DNA of 64,000 bases from contig CP051526.1 in assembly GCA_050916045.1 (NCBI GenBank), forward strand, positions 2,944,001-3,008,000, read 5' to 3'. Origin of the DNA: Tepidisphaera sp. GTDB lineage: Bacteria; Planctomycetota; Phycisphaerae; Phycisphaerales; UBA1924. Position 1 is the first letter of the stretch. Each line of letters begins with the position of its first letter. Shown here piece by piece: positions 10,530-20,246 of this stretch. A program made the position numbers and the translations under genes. The notes under the pieces were generated by a model. It made no database searches. It was not told the DNA's origin and worked only from the letters and a program-made list of their open reading frames with translations.

Positions 10530-10662
10530 CCCTCGCTAACGCTTCGGGCTCGTTTGGAATTGCCTTCTTTGGCCGTTTGGTCGTTTGACCATTTGGCCAT
10601 TTTCCATCCACCCTCGCTGGCGCGTCGGGCTCTGAAAGACACGGGCGGGACGCCCGTGCCAC
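10530..10662. repeat. composite intergenic REP-like element between convergent genes
   Basis: CCCTCGCTAACGCTTCGGGCTC (10530) and CCCTCGCTGGCGCGTCGGGCTC (10611) flank 4 copies of the 8-mer TTTGRYCR (10568-10599); palindrome CACGGGCGGGACGCCCGTG (10640-10658). Confidence 0.75.
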
Positions 10663-10663
10663 G

Positions 10664-11806
10664 TCAATCCAGCCAGTCCTTGGCCCGGAGCCTCTGCGGC
10701 ACGTACTCCTCCGTCACGTAGCTGATGTCCTTGGTGATCAGCGACTCGACCTCCATCTTGAAGCCGTTGGCGAGCAGGCCCTCGATCTCCTTCTGCCAGC
10801 CCTTATGCCCCTCGAACCACGGGTAGGCCATGATCTCCTTGGCTCGCTTGATGTCGTTATCGTTGAGGTCGATCTTGACGTCGTCGCTGAGGTCGCAGGC
10901 TTTGTAGTCCTTGGCGCGGATGCCGAGGAACTTCGCGTCCGGCACGGCCATGCGCTCGCTCTCGAACGCGAGGGAGATCGACCCCTGCTTGATGACGCTG
11001 TAGATGTAGTGCCCCCAGGGGTCGCAGTCGAGCAGGCAGTACACCGGCAGCCCGAGTTCTTCGTTGAGGCGGCGGAGCAGGCGGCGGACGCCGCGCGTCG
11101 GCTGGCCCGAGCCCTCGGTCAGGATGCAGTTGTGCTTCTCCCAGAAGCGGTCCTCGTTGAACCGGCCCCAGACCGTGTCCTTTTCGACGTGCAGGACGAA
11201 CTTCGCGTCGCACTTCTTGAACTGGATCACGTCGGGCTCGACGATGCCGGGGATCGCGTACCCGCCCGTGCCCATGCGGCGGCAGTCGATCTCATCGCCG
11301 TTGTCGACGATCGTGATGTTGCCGACCATCGTGCCGCGCTTCTTCGCGTAGATGTGGAGCTCTTCGCGGAGCGAGCCGAGCGCGACCTCCAGGTCTTCGA
11401 GGATGCCGTCGGAGTCTTCCTGGGCGTCGAAGGTCTTTTCCTTCGTCCCCTGCACGGTGTGCAAGCCCTTGTAGAACATTCCGCGCAGGCTCAGCGTCTT
11501 GTCCGCTTCGATCAGTTCGCGGACGGAGTTGCTATGGAGCATCGTCTGCATGAACTGCCGAGCGGTCTTGAGGTCAAAGAGCGGGCGTTCGCTGGTGGCT
11601 TTCCCCATCTCGAGGATGCCGCGCTTCTTGTTCCAGATGGTGTTGGACTTGGCGCGGGTCGGGATGTCGATCGACGGGTCCTTCATCGCCAGAGCCGTCT
11701 TGACGACGGTGTCGGCGAGGCCCTTGATCTTGCGGTTGGTCTCGACGTCGCGGGCCCGGGTCTTGGCGGTGCTGCCGCGGGAGGGGGTGGTGTCTTTCTT
11801 GGCCAT
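10664..11806 (-). CDS. top6A: DNA topoisomerase VI subunit A (Spo11 family)
   Basis: ATG at 11806 (MAKKDTT); LSLRGMFY (catalytic Tyr), FDAQEDSDGILEDLEV, toprim VLHVEKD and DCDPWG, GQPTRGVRR, KMEVESL. Confidence 0.93.
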   Translation of the reverse strand: MAKKDTTPSRGSTAKTRARDVETNRKIKGLADTVVKTALAMKDPSIDIPTRAKSNTIWNKKRGILEMGKATSERPLFDLKTARQFMQTMLHSNSVRELIEADKTLSLRGMFYKGLHTVQGTKEKTFDAQEDSDGILEDLEVALGSLREELHIYAKKRGTMVGNITIVDNGDEIDCRRMGTGGYAIPGIVEPDVIQFKKCDAKFVLHVEKDTVWGRFNEDRFWEKHNCILTEGSGQPTRGVRRLLRRLNEELGLPVYCLLDCDPWGHYIYSVIKQGSISLAFESERMAVPDAKFLGIRAKDYKACDLSDDVKIDLNDNDIKRAKEIMAYPWFEGHKGWQKEIEGLLANGFKMEVESLITKDISYVTEEYVPQRLRAKDWLD

Positions 11807-11895
11807 ATGGCCGGAGGGTACGCGCCAGGAGCCGCGGCGAACGGCGGGGAAGCGGAGCCGGAAATCAGTTACGATCCGAGCCTTCAGGAGGCCGT

Positions 11896-12372
11896 GTGCT
11901 GACGATCGTCGGGCGGAGTGTGGGGTCGAGGAAGCCGCTTTTCGCGGACTGGGCGCTGCCGTTGCCGCCGGAATGGGCGAGCGGGGACGGGGGGAACGGA
12001 GAGGGGGGCGATGGGGAGGGCCGGGGTGGAGGTGGCGGGCTGACGCTGGCGGGATTGATCGAGCGGATCGTGCGGCACGAACTGGCGGCGTTTTCGGCAC
12101 GGAACGAGCGGCGGCGGCTGGATCGGGTGCTGTCGGCGGACCAGATCGAGGCGGGGCTTGAAGCGGGTCGCGTGTCGCCGGAGGGGCGGCAGGGATTGAA
12201 CAAAGCACCGGAAGCGGAAGAAGCGGTGGCGGCGGCGCTGCAGGCGTTCGAGGATGGGCTTTACCTGGTCGTGATCGATGAGATGGAGCACCGGGACCTG
12301 GACGCGCAGGTGTGGCTGACGGCGGACAGCACGATCGTGTTCCTGAAGCTGACGTTCTTGGCTGGTGGTTGA
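11896..12372 (+). CDS. hypothetical protein with MoaD/ubiquitin-like C-terminal Gly-Gly; partner of the DUF4132 protein
   Basis: GTG start; ends ...YLVVIDEMEHRDLDAQVWLTADSTIVFLKLTFLAGG-stop; directly upstream of the large DUF4132 gene. Confidence 0.75.
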   Translation: MLTIVGRSVGSRKPLFADWALPLPPEWASGDGGNGEGGDGEGRGGGGGLTLAGLIERIVRHELAAFSARNERRRLDRVLSADQIEAGLEAGRVSPEGRQGLNKAPEAEEAVAAALQAFEDGLYLVVIDEMEHRDLDAQVWLTADSTIVFLKLTFLAGG

Positions 12373-12464
12373 GGCTGGTGGTTGAGGCTGGTGGTTGAGG
12401 CTGGTGGTTGAGGCTGGTGGTTGAGGCTGGTGGTTGAGGCTGGTGGTTGAGGCCGGGGGTTGAG
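12361..12464 (+). repeat. 13-bp tandem repeat GCTGGTGGTTGAG, 7 perfect copies plus 1 degenerate
   Basis: perfect copies at 12361-12451, then GCCGGGGGTTGAG; the first copy contains the last codons and stop of the upstream CDS. Confidence 0.97.
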
Positions 12465-12523
12465 GCGGGTGGCGGACGGGGCTTTCCGGGTGTCGATCGA
12501 GGTGAGATCTTGAGGAGATTGGG

Positions 12524-15500
12524 ATGCTGAACGAGGATCAGATGCTTGCGAAGGTTGAGGCGATGAAGCAGGCAGGGTGGGTGGAGTCGAAGATCGCCGC
12601 GCTGCGCGGGCTCAAGGCGGCGCGGACGGTGGCGGGACACCTTGGGGAGGAGGGGAATGAGGACTCGGAGCTTTTCCGGCAGGCGCCGGACGAGGGCGAT
12701 CCTCTCGCGGCGGAGCTTGAGGCTTTGGGGCCGGCCGGCCGGCGGGCGGTGTTCGCGGCGCTCTTCCCGCAGCTGGCACCGGAGATGGAGGGGGTTTGGG
12801 ATCAGCACCGGAGAACGGCGGTGGTCACGCGGCGATATCAGCCGCAGCCGTTCCGGATTCCCGGCGGCGGGCAGGAGGTCACCGCGGCCCGGGGGGCTTG
12901 GCTTCGCGAGGTGTGCCAGGAGCTCGAAGGGCTGGATGTGGATGCGGAGTGGCTGGCCGGCTGGGGGACGCTCATTCAATACGGGTACGCGAGCGCGGCA
13001 CCCAGGTTGGTGGCCGCGGCGATCGACGCGGGCGGAGTTTCGGGAGAGCGGGTCCTCGCCACGGCGGTCGCCACGCTACGGGGTGAGCATGAGGCGGGCG
13101 TGGGTGGACGGGAGACGATTCGGGCACTTCTCTCGTGCGGCGAACCGCGAGCGTGGGAGCAGGTTGGAAAGCTGCTGCTGGGGGCGATGCGGGAGGAAGG
13201 GCTCCGGCAAGCGATCCTCGAAGAGGCGCACCTCGGGCATCCCGAGGCGTTCCGGGTGATCCTGAAGCTCGTGCTGGACGAGGGGCTGGTGCGGTTCTCG
13301 TCGGTGGTGCGGGCGGCGGATGTGTGGTTCGGGACCAGGTGGGACTCGATGTCGGCCGCGGTGGTCAAGAAGGAGCTGGGGCTGGCGTGGGAGATGCTGG
13401 AGTCGCCGCCCAAGCGGGAAGCGGCGGTTGCGGGGAAGGACGGGATCGCGGCGTACTTCGCGATCTGGGCGGCGGCTTTTGAAGACGCGACGGCGGCGCG
13501 TGCGCTCGCGGAGCGAGCGGCGAGGAGCAAGTCGGCGGAGGTGCGCGCGGCAGCGATGCTGATGGCGGCGAGGATCGAGCTTGAGAGTTGGATTCCCTTG
13601 GCGGTCGCGGCTGCTTCGGATGAGGACCCGCGCGTCGCGGCGTTGGCGGTCGGCGTGCTGGGGGAGGCGAACGTCTCGGAGAGTCAGGCACCCGGAGTGC
13701 GGGCGGTGCTGCTGCCGCTGCTGGAGAAGGTCAAGAAGGAGAAGAAGGGAGTCAAGCTCAAGCCGATCCTGTGGCCTTGGAATGTTGGGGAGCTGTCGAC
13801 GGGTGCCGTCGGAGCGGCGCTCGTCCGCGTGCTGGATGCGGAGACGCTGGAAGCGGTGCTCGGCTCCGTGGAGGTGTTCCGGGCAAGCGAGCGGGCGGCC
13901 CTGGCGGCGTTCCTGGGCGGCATCGAGGTGCGGTACGCGTGGCGGTCCAGGAACGCTGTGAAAGCGGGCGCGGTGAAAGTCTCGGAGGCGGGCCGGGCGG
14001 CGCTGCTGAAGCTGATGGGGGACGCGGCGGCGGATGTGCGTGCGACAGCGTTCGCGGCGATGTCACCCCTGCCGCTGCTGACGGATGAGGAGGGCCTGCT
14101 TCGGGACATGCTGCGGCGGAAAGCCGCGGATGTTCGGGAGCGGGCGATTGCGCGGCTGTGCGAGCTTGAAGCGGCGCGTTTGGAAGCGGCGGCGGCCGCG
14201 CTCTTGGCGGGCGATGTGGAGCAGCGGCGTGCGGCGGTGGAGCTCGTGCAGCACCTGGCGGACCGTGGGGAGGTGGAGCGAGCGAAGGCGACGGCGGCGC
14301 GGATCCGGGCGTCGGCGAAGAAGCTCGACGCGGCGACGGCTCGCGAATTGGAGTCGTTGGCGGCTCACGCGGCACCGCGGGCGAGGCTCGATGATTGTCT
14401 GGGGCTGCTGGATCGGTCGAAGCTGACCCCGGTGGCGCCGGCGGTGGACCGGGGATTTCCGACCCTGACGGCTGCTTCGCTTCGGATCTTGCACGCGCTG
14501 GACGACTTGATCGAAGAGAACAAGCGGACGGTTGTGCACGTGGAGCGTTACGACGACAAGGTCGAGGAGATGGAGCTTGGAGCACTGAGATGGGGCGGGG
14601 ACCTGCGCGTGCGGAAGAAAGGGGCGGATGAGGATGAGCCGGAGCGTGGGATGCTCCTCGCGGAGATGTGGGAAGCGTGGGAAGCCGCGCGGGGGCCGGA
14701 GCTTCGGGATCGGGACGGTCTTGAATTGTGGCGGGCGTGGACGGCGATCTCAGCCTGCGACGAACACGGCGAGGGCGAAAGGTGGCCGGCGGCGATCCAG
14801 GCTTTGCTCGGAGGCAAGGCACGCGTCCTGCACTATTCGCGGCTTGTGACGGAGGTGCTGGGGTGGCTGGTGATGCGGGGACCTGCGGATCGTGCGCTGC
14901 GGGCGGTGATGGAGGGGATGGAGTCGGCGGTGGCACGCGGGCGGATCGCGTGGGAAGGTCTCAAGGAAGATCATGAAGAGCAGCGGCCGACGCGGCCGGA
15001 GCTCGATCTGCCCTACCTCTGGTGGGAGGATCGCCTCGAAGCGTTCGAGGATGCACGCCCGGCGCCGGCAGGACTGCCCGAGGCGCGGGCGAACGCTTGG
15101 CGGCTGACGCGGCTCATCGATCGGTGGGCGGCGGAGGTGTGGGTGCCGCACAAAGCGAAAGAGGATGCGGAAGCGGCCGCGAAGGGCGTGGATCTCGACG
15201 ACATCAAGCGCAAGTACAAGTTCGGGTGGCGCGACGATCTTCCGCGGGGGAACGTCCAACGTTTGATGGCGGCGGTGGAACTCGGACGCGCCGGCGAGAT
15301 GGACGTGGTGTACTACCTGCTGCACAAGCACCCAGGCGAGGAGTGGTCGTGGCGAGGGATCGACACGCTACTTGCAAAGGGCCGCCGGGAGAAAGCGCCC
15401 GAAGCGGCGGTGCGGGCGGCGCGTCGCGTGGCGGAGCGGGCGGTGGAACTCGAACTCGAACGCGGCGATGCACCGACGGAGTCGGCGCAGGTTCTCAACA

Positions 15501-17554
15501 GCGTGGACCACACGGGCGGCGCCGAGCGGGCGCTCCGAGCGTTGTCGCGGCTTGGGGCTTCGTCGCTGGACCGCTCGTCGTATCGCCATGCGACGGACCG
15601 TGCGGCGACGCTGAGCACGATCATCGAGCGGTCCTCGCCGGGCGAGGGCGAGACGCCGGAGAAGTTCGGCGCGCTCGCGACCAAGCACGGCATCGGAGAG
15701 GCGAGGCTCGTGGAACTGGGCGTGTTCGCGCCGCGATGGGCCGCGCACGTCGAAGCGGCCCTGAAGTGGGACGGATATGTGGATGCCGTATGGTGGCTTC
15801 GCGCGCACACGAAGGACTCGTCGTGGACGCACGACAAGGATCTCGATCAGCTGGTGCGGGCCCGGATCTCCGAGCGGAGCCCGGTGGCGGAGGAGGATTT
15901 CGCCGACGGAGCCGTCGATCCAGAGTGGTTCCGTCGGGTGTACGAGAAGCTCGGGCCGACGCGATGGGCGGCGGTGTACGCGGCCGCGAAGTACGCCTGC
16001 TCGAACGCCGGGCACCGCCGCGCCCAGCTCTTCGCCGACGCCATGCTGAACGAGATCACGGAGAAGGACGTGATCGCTCGCATCAACAGCAAGCGGCACC
16101 AGGACTCGATGCGGGCTCTCGGGCTTCTGTCGCTGCCAAAGAAATCCGCGGAAAAGACGGTGCTCTCGCGGTACCAGTTGCTGCAGGAGGTCCGGCGAAC
16201 CAGCCGCAAGCACGGCGGATCGATGCTTCAGGCGTCGGAGAAGCGGGCGGTCGAGGTGGGCATGGACAACCTCGCGCGAACTGCCGGCTACCCCGATCCG
16301 CAGCGTCTGATGTGGGCGGTGGAGACGCGGGCCGTCGCGGATCTGGCGAAGGGTCCGGTGACGGTCAAGTCCGGAGATGTCACCGTGACGCTCGCGGTCG
16401 ACGCCGATGGCGATCCTGAGGTCACGGCGACCAAGAAGGGCAAGACGCTCGCGTCGACGCCCCCGGCCGCCAAGAAAACGCCGGCGGTCGCGGAGCTCTT
16501 CGAGCGGGCCAAGCTGCTCAAACAGCAGAAATCCAGGATGCGGGCTTCGCTGGAAACGGCGATGTGCCGCGGCGACGAGTTCACGGCGGCGGAGATCGAG
16601 GAACTCTTCGGTCACCCGGTGCTTCGCGCGATGCTGGAACGGCTTGTCTTCGTTCGAGTGGCCGGCGGCGCGGGCTATCCCGACAAGAACGGGAAAGCCC
16701 TGCGCGGATTCGACGGCGAACACGCCGCAGTCAAGAAGGATGAACGGCTTCGGATCTCGCATCCACTCGACCTCCTCGCCACCAAGCATTGGGACAAGTG
16801 GCAGCGGGAGTGCTTCGCGGCCGAACGCGTGCAGCCGTTCAAGCAGGTCTTCCGCGAGGTGTACGTGCCGACCGCGCAGGAGAAGACCGCGAACGGGAGC
16901 TCAAAGCGGTACGCGGGCCAGCAGGTCGTGGGACGGCAGGCGATGGCTTTGCTCGGCGCTCGTGGATGGGTCGCCAGGCCGGAAGAGGGTGTCCAGCGAA
17001 CCTTCCACCGGGAGAAGCTCACGGCCTTCGTCGAGTTCGAGGAGCACTTCCACACGCCCGCGGAGGTCGAGGGGCTGACGCTCGCGGGCGTGCGGTTCGC
17101 GACGTCGGGCGATCACAAAGTCGCGGCTCTTCCGCGCGTACCGGCGCGGCTTTTCTCCGAAGTCATGCGGGACCTGGATCTCGTGGTCAGTGTCGCGCAC
17201 CGCGGCGGTGTTGACCCCGAAGCCAGCGTCTCGACGGTCGAGTCCAGGGCGAGCCTGGTGCGGGAAACGTGCCGCCTTCTCAAGCTCGGCAACGTGAAGA
17301 TCGACGGGCCTCGGGCGGCGATCACCGGGGCGATCGGCGAGTACACGGTGCACCTGGGAAGCGGAACCGTGCATCTGCTGCCCGGAGGAACGTTGTGGAT
17401 CGTCCCCGTGCATGCTCAGCATCGCGGCCGGATCTTCCTGCCCTTCGCGGATCAGGATCCGAAGACGGCGGAGGTTCTGTCCAAGGTCCTCCTGCTCGCG
17501 AGAGACAACGAAATCCGTGATCCGTCGATCCTGGAGCAGATCCGGAGGAAGTAA
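12524..17554 (+). CDS. large helical (HEAT-like) repeat protein with DUF5724/DUF4132 domains (MolR/YehI-related)
   Basis: LLGAMREEGLRQAILE, VRFSSVVRAADVWFG, FADGAVD..WF, GHRRAQLFADA, RMRASLETAM, HPLDL, QPFKQVFREVY, FSEVMRDLDLVVSVAH, IFLPFAD.DPKTAEVLSKVLLLA.D..IRDPSILEQI. Confidence 0.88.
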   Translation: MLNEDQMLAKVEAMKQAGWVESKIAALRGLKAARTVAGHLGEEGNEDSELFRQAPDEGDPLAAELEALGPAGRRAVFAALFPQLAPEMEGVWDQHRRTAVVTRRYQPQPFRIPGGGQEVTAARGAWLREVCQELEGLDVDAEWLAGWGTLIQYGYASAAPRLVAAAIDAGGVSGERVLATAVATLRGEHEAGVGGRETIRALLSCGEPRAWEQVGKLLLGAMREEGLRQAILEEAHLGHPEAFRVILKLVLDEGLVRFSSVVRAADVWFGTRWDSMSAAVVKKELGLAWEMLESPPKREAAVAGKDGIAAYFAIWAAAFEDATAARALAERAARSKSAEVRAAAMLMAARIELESWIPLAVAAASDEDPRVAALAVGVLGEANVSESQAPGVRAVLLPLLEKVKKEKKGVKLKPILWPWNVGELSTGAVGAALVRVLDAETLEAVLGSVEVFRASERAALAAFLGGIEVRYAWRSRNAVKAGAVKVSEAGRAALLKLMGDAAADVRATAFAAMSPLPLLTDEEGLLRDMLRRKAADVRERAIARLCELEAARLEAAAAALLAGDVEQRRAAVELVQHLADRGEVERAKATAARIRASAKKLDAATARELESLAAHAAPRARLDDCLGLLDRSKLTPVAPAVDRGFPTLTAASLRILHALDDLIEENKRTVVHVERYDDKVEEMELGALRWGGDLRVRKKGADEDEPERGMLLAEMWEAWEAARGPELRDRDGLELWRAWTAISACDEHGEGERWPAAIQALLGGKARVLHYSRLVTEVLGWLVMRGPADRALRAVMEGMESAVARGRIAWEGLKEDHEEQRPTRPELDLPYLWWEDRLEAFEDARPAPAGLPEARANAWRLTRLIDRWAAEVWVPHKAKEDAEAAAKGVDLDDIKRKYKFGWRDDLPRGNVQRLMAAVELGRAGEMDVVYYLLHKHPGEEWSWRGIDTLLAKGRREKAPEAAVRAARRVAERAVELELERGDAPTESAQVLNSVDHTGGAERALRALSRLGASSLDRSSYRHATDRAATLSTIIERSSPGEGETPEKFGALATKHGIGEARLVELGVFAPRWAAHVEAALKWDGYVDAVWWLRAHTKDSSWTHDKDLDQLVRARISERSPVAEEDFADGAVDPEWFRRVYEKLGPTRWAAVYAAAKYACSNAGHRRAQLFADAMLNEITEKDVIARINSKRHQDSMRALGLLSLPKKSAEKTVLSRYQLLQEVRRTSRKHGGSMLQASEKRAVEVGMDNLARTAGYPDPQRLMWAVETRAVADLAKGPVTVKSGDVTVTLAVDADGDPEVTATKKGKTLASTPPAAKKTPAVAELFERAKLLKQQKSRMRASLETAMCRGDEFTAAEIEELFGHPVLRAMLERLVFVRVAGGAGYPDKNGKALRGFDGEHAAVKKDERLRISHPLDLLATKHWDKWQRECFAAERVQPFKQVFREVYVPTAQEKTANGSSKRYAGQQVVGRQAMALLGARGWVARPEEGVQRTFHREKLTAFVEFEEHFHTPAEVEGLTLAGVRFATSGDHKVAALPRVPARLFSEVMRDLDLVVSVAHRGGVDPEASVSTVESRASLVRETCRLLKLGNVKIDGPRAAITGAIGEYTVHLGSGTVHLLPGGTLWIVPVHAQHRGRIFLPFADQDPKTAEVLSKVLLLARDNEIRDPSILEQIRRK

Positions 17555-17617
17555 GGACCGCCGAATCTCGTCCACGCGTTTCGCCCAGAAGCGGACGAGC
17601 ACCGCACGTCAGCAACG

Positions 17618-17652
17618 AAAAAGGCCCGGGATGCTCGCATGCATCCCGGGCC
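17618..17652 (-). terminator. intrinsic terminator of the oxidoreductase gene
   Basis: 12-bp stem GGCCCGGGATGC/GCATCCCGGGCC followed by TTTTT on the minus strand. Confidence 0.8.
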
Positions 17653-17676
17653 TCCGGCTTTTTCTCGGCTCCAGCT

Positions 17677-19056
17677 TCAGGTGCTGACGACCTTCTCGTT
17701 CTTCGCGTCCCACGTGTAGACCTTCGAGTTCCGGTAGCTCTCAACGCCCATCTTGATCGCGACCATCACCGCGCACCCGAGCTCGACGTTGCAGTTGACC
17801 TCGGCCTTCTTCCGGATCGCATCGATCCAGTTCTGGCTATGGTCGCGACCGCCGCGGTTCCCGCCGCACTTGAGCACGTACGTGCCCTGGTCCGCCACCG
17901 ACCCGTTCTTCTCCCGGAACTCCTTCGAGTACGCCGACTGCTCCGAGAGCTTCCACCCGTCGTTGGTCGGCTCGAGCTGCCCCTGCTGCCCGCGGATCAT
18001 CTCCGGCACGCCCACATCGTTCACCATCACGCTCGTCAGGAACACGCTGTGCGTCTCGTAGTCCGCCGTCAGAAGCATCGTGTCCGCGATGTCGCGGGCG
18101 TTGCCGGGCGCAGGCTTCTCGATGTACTGCCCGCCTCCCGACATCACCCGACGCGGATACGCCCCGTTCTTCCCGTGGATCGAGATCAGAAGCGGCGCCA
18201 GCCAGTGGTACATCAGGTCCGTCGCCACCCCGCCGTTGTACGCGTAGAACTTCCGGAACCGGAAAAAGTGCTCCTCGTTGTACGGGATCTTCTCCGCCAG
18301 ACCGTGCTTGTGGCCAAGCCACCGGTCCCAGTCGATGTACCCCTCCGACCCCGGATCGTTCTGCGGGCCCGCATCCTTGTCGATCGCCCAGTTGAACTGC
18401 CCCTCACGGCTGTTGCGGCAGTAGGACCCCTGGCTCCACACGACCGGGCCGATCTTCCCCTCGCTGATCGCTTTCCCGGCTTCCCACCAGCGGTTCTCGC
18501 TCGTGCGCTGCGGCCCGACCTGGAGCGTGCGGCCCGTGCGGCGGACGGCGTTGCGGCACTCGATCGCCTGCTCGACCGTCAGCGAAAGCGGCTTCTCAAC
18601 GTACACATCCTTGCCCGCTTCCATCGCCTCGATCGCGATCTTGGTGTGCCAGTGGTCCGGCGTCGCGATCACCACCGCGTTGATGTCCTTGTTGTCGAGC
18701 ACACGCTCGTACTCGATCACGCAGTTCTTCTCTTCCAGCACCAGGGACTTGTCGACCTTCCCGAGCGTGTCCTGAGCACGCTTGAGCGCCCGGCGGTACA
18801 CATCGCAGAGCATCCCGACCCGGATGTTCTCCTGCTTGGCCATCCGCGACAGGTGGTTCACGTGCGAGCGGCCCATCCCGCCCGTGCCGATCACCGCGAT
18901 GTTGAGCGTGTCCGCAGCGCCCGACAGATTCCGCATCCGCGCGTGGCTCGACGCCGGCATCCAGCCCAAGGCACCCGCCGCTCCGAGGCCTGCGGCGACA
19001 CCCGCGGCGGACTGAAGAAATGAGCGGCGCGATACGGCGGGGAGCGAAGGCTTCAT
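17677..19056 (-). CDS. Tat-exported Gfo/Idh/MocA family oxidoreductase
   Basis: twin-arginine SRRSFLQ; IAVIGTGGMG, VVIATPDHWH, GKDVYVEKP, GG.ATDLMYH. Confidence 0.93.
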   Translation of the reverse strand: MKPSLPAVSRRSFLQSAAGVAAGLGAAGALGWMPASSHARMRNLSGAADTLNIAVIGTGGMGRSHVNHLSRMAKQENIRVGMLCDVYRRALKRAQDTLGKVDKSLVLEEKNCVIEYERVLDNKDINAVVIATPDHWHTKIAIEAMEAGKDVYVEKPLSLTVEQAIECRNAVRRTGRTLQVGPQRTSENRWWEAGKAISEGKIGPVVWSQGSYCRNSREGQFNWAIDKDAGPQNDPGSEGYIDWDRWLGHKHGLAEKIPYNEEHFFRFRKFYAYNGGVATDLMYHWLAPLLISIHGKNGAYPRRVMSGGGQYIEKPAPGNARDIADTMLLTADYETHSVFLTSVMVNDVGVPEMIRGQQGQLEPTNDGWKLSEQSAYSKEFREKNGSVADQGTYVLKCGGNRGGRDHSQNWIDAIRKKAEVNCNVELGCAVMVAIKMGVESYRNSKVYTWDAKNEKVVST

Positions 19057-19264
19057 CTGGGGATCTCCTTGGGGAAGCGAGATCATCGCAGATTTCTGGC
19101 AGGGGTGCAAGCCCGCCCGTGCCACGATCATCCCGCTTCGGGATGGTCGTGGTTGGACGTCCTTGATGAATTCGACACCAGAGTCAGCGTCGGTGGCCGA
19201 TCCACGACCATCCGGAGGACCGGATGATCGTGGCACCCGGCTCAGACGCCGCAATTCTTGACGC

Positions 19265-19297
19265 AAAGAAAACACCGGAGCCTCACGGCTCCGGTGT
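19265..19297 (-). terminator. intrinsic terminator of the prepilin-type gene
   Basis: stem CACCGGAGCC/GGCTCCGGTG followed by TTTTCTTT on the minus strand. Confidence 0.8.
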
Positions 19298-19325
19298 CGT
19301 TCAACTTGATCGGTGGCGGAGGGGT

Positions 19326-20246
19326 TTACTCCGGACCAGTCCACGGAATGTTCGTGAAGATCGTGGTGTAAAGCTCATTCTCATAGGAGCTGCGCTGGCG
19401 ACCGGGAATCACCTTGATGTAGCCTGCGTGCCCGTCCATGAAACCCATGACGCTGCGGTTGATGTCGCCGAAGCCGTTCTTCTTCACGTAGTTCGGGTTG
19501 TTGTTGTAGATGATGATGTCGGCCTGCTCGTCCCAGATCCACGCAAACCGGGAGGTGACGAACGAGTCGGCGAGTTGAAGCAGCTTCGTTCCGCGGGTGA
19601 ATGTGGGCCAGTTCATCGTGCCGCTGGGATCGAGCTGCTCGTACCACTTGGCCTGCCACTGGTAGGAGATGCCGATGGAATCAAAGCTCGTGCGTGCCGA
19701 AGGATTGGGGTTCGGCCAGCTCTCTTGGTGCCCAACCAAGTCGCCGGGATCCTTGAAGACCTTGAGCTTGACGTTCAGACGGTTCTCGTCCTGAGCGGGC
19801 ATGCGAGCGTTGGCGTTGCCGCCCGAAGCCGGGTCGTAGAACTTGATCTCGGGGTAGACGTACTGGTTGAGCGGACGGTCGACCGCCAGAACGTCGAACA
19901 CGCCGCCGTTGGAACCGAACCAGAAGCCGGACGGATTTCCGCCGGCGAAGCTCCACGTGCAGAAGCCGGACACGCCCTGTGCGGGGTTCGACGTGTTCAC
20001 CGGACGCGTGCGGCTGCGACCGCCGTGGCTCCATGTCGGCGTGATGGGCATGTACGCCTTGTTGTCGGACTGGTACATGTTCGTCGAGTTGTTGATCGAC
20101 TTCACGTTGGACGAAGAGATCGTGATCTGGGCCACCTTGCGGGCTTTGCCGAGGGCCGGCAGCAGCAGCGAGATGAGCAGGGCGATGATCGCGATCACCA
20201 CCAGCAGTTCGATCAGCGTAAACCCACGACCAGCAAGCTTCTTCAT
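19326..20246 (-). CDS. prepilin-type N-terminal cleavage/methylation protein (planctomycete DUF1559-like)
   Basis: [30 protein letters not shown]-terminal MGFMDGHA motif; GGAGG RBS upstream. Confidence 0.92.
   Translation of the reverse strand: MKKLAGRGFTLIELLVVIAIIALLISLLLPALGKARKVAQITISSSNVKSINNSTNMYQSDNKAYMPITPTWSHGGRSRTRPVNTSNPAQGVSGFCTWSFAGGNPSGFWFGSNGGVFDVLAVDRPLNQYVYPEIKFYDPASGGNANARMPAQDENRLNVKLKVFKDPGDLVGHQESWPNPNPSARTSFDSIGISYQWQAKWYEQLDPSGTMNWPTFTRGTKLLQLADSFVTSRFAWIWDEQADIIIYNNNPNYVKKNGFGDINRSVMGFMDGHAGYIKVIPGRQRSSYENELYTTIFTNIPWTGPE

Noticed and set aside
12361..12464. Chi-site array (each unit contains GCTGGTGG, the E. coli Chi octamer)
   Set aside because: Chi sequences are lineage-specific and there is no evidence that planctomycetes use the enterobacterial one. 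The match is explained by Ala-Gly-Gly codons.
11807..12979. 390-aa N-terminal extension of Top6A in the ORF track (10664..12979)
   Set aside because: It is an antisense shadow of two plus-strand genes and the tandem repeat; Top6A homology begins near the ATG at 11806
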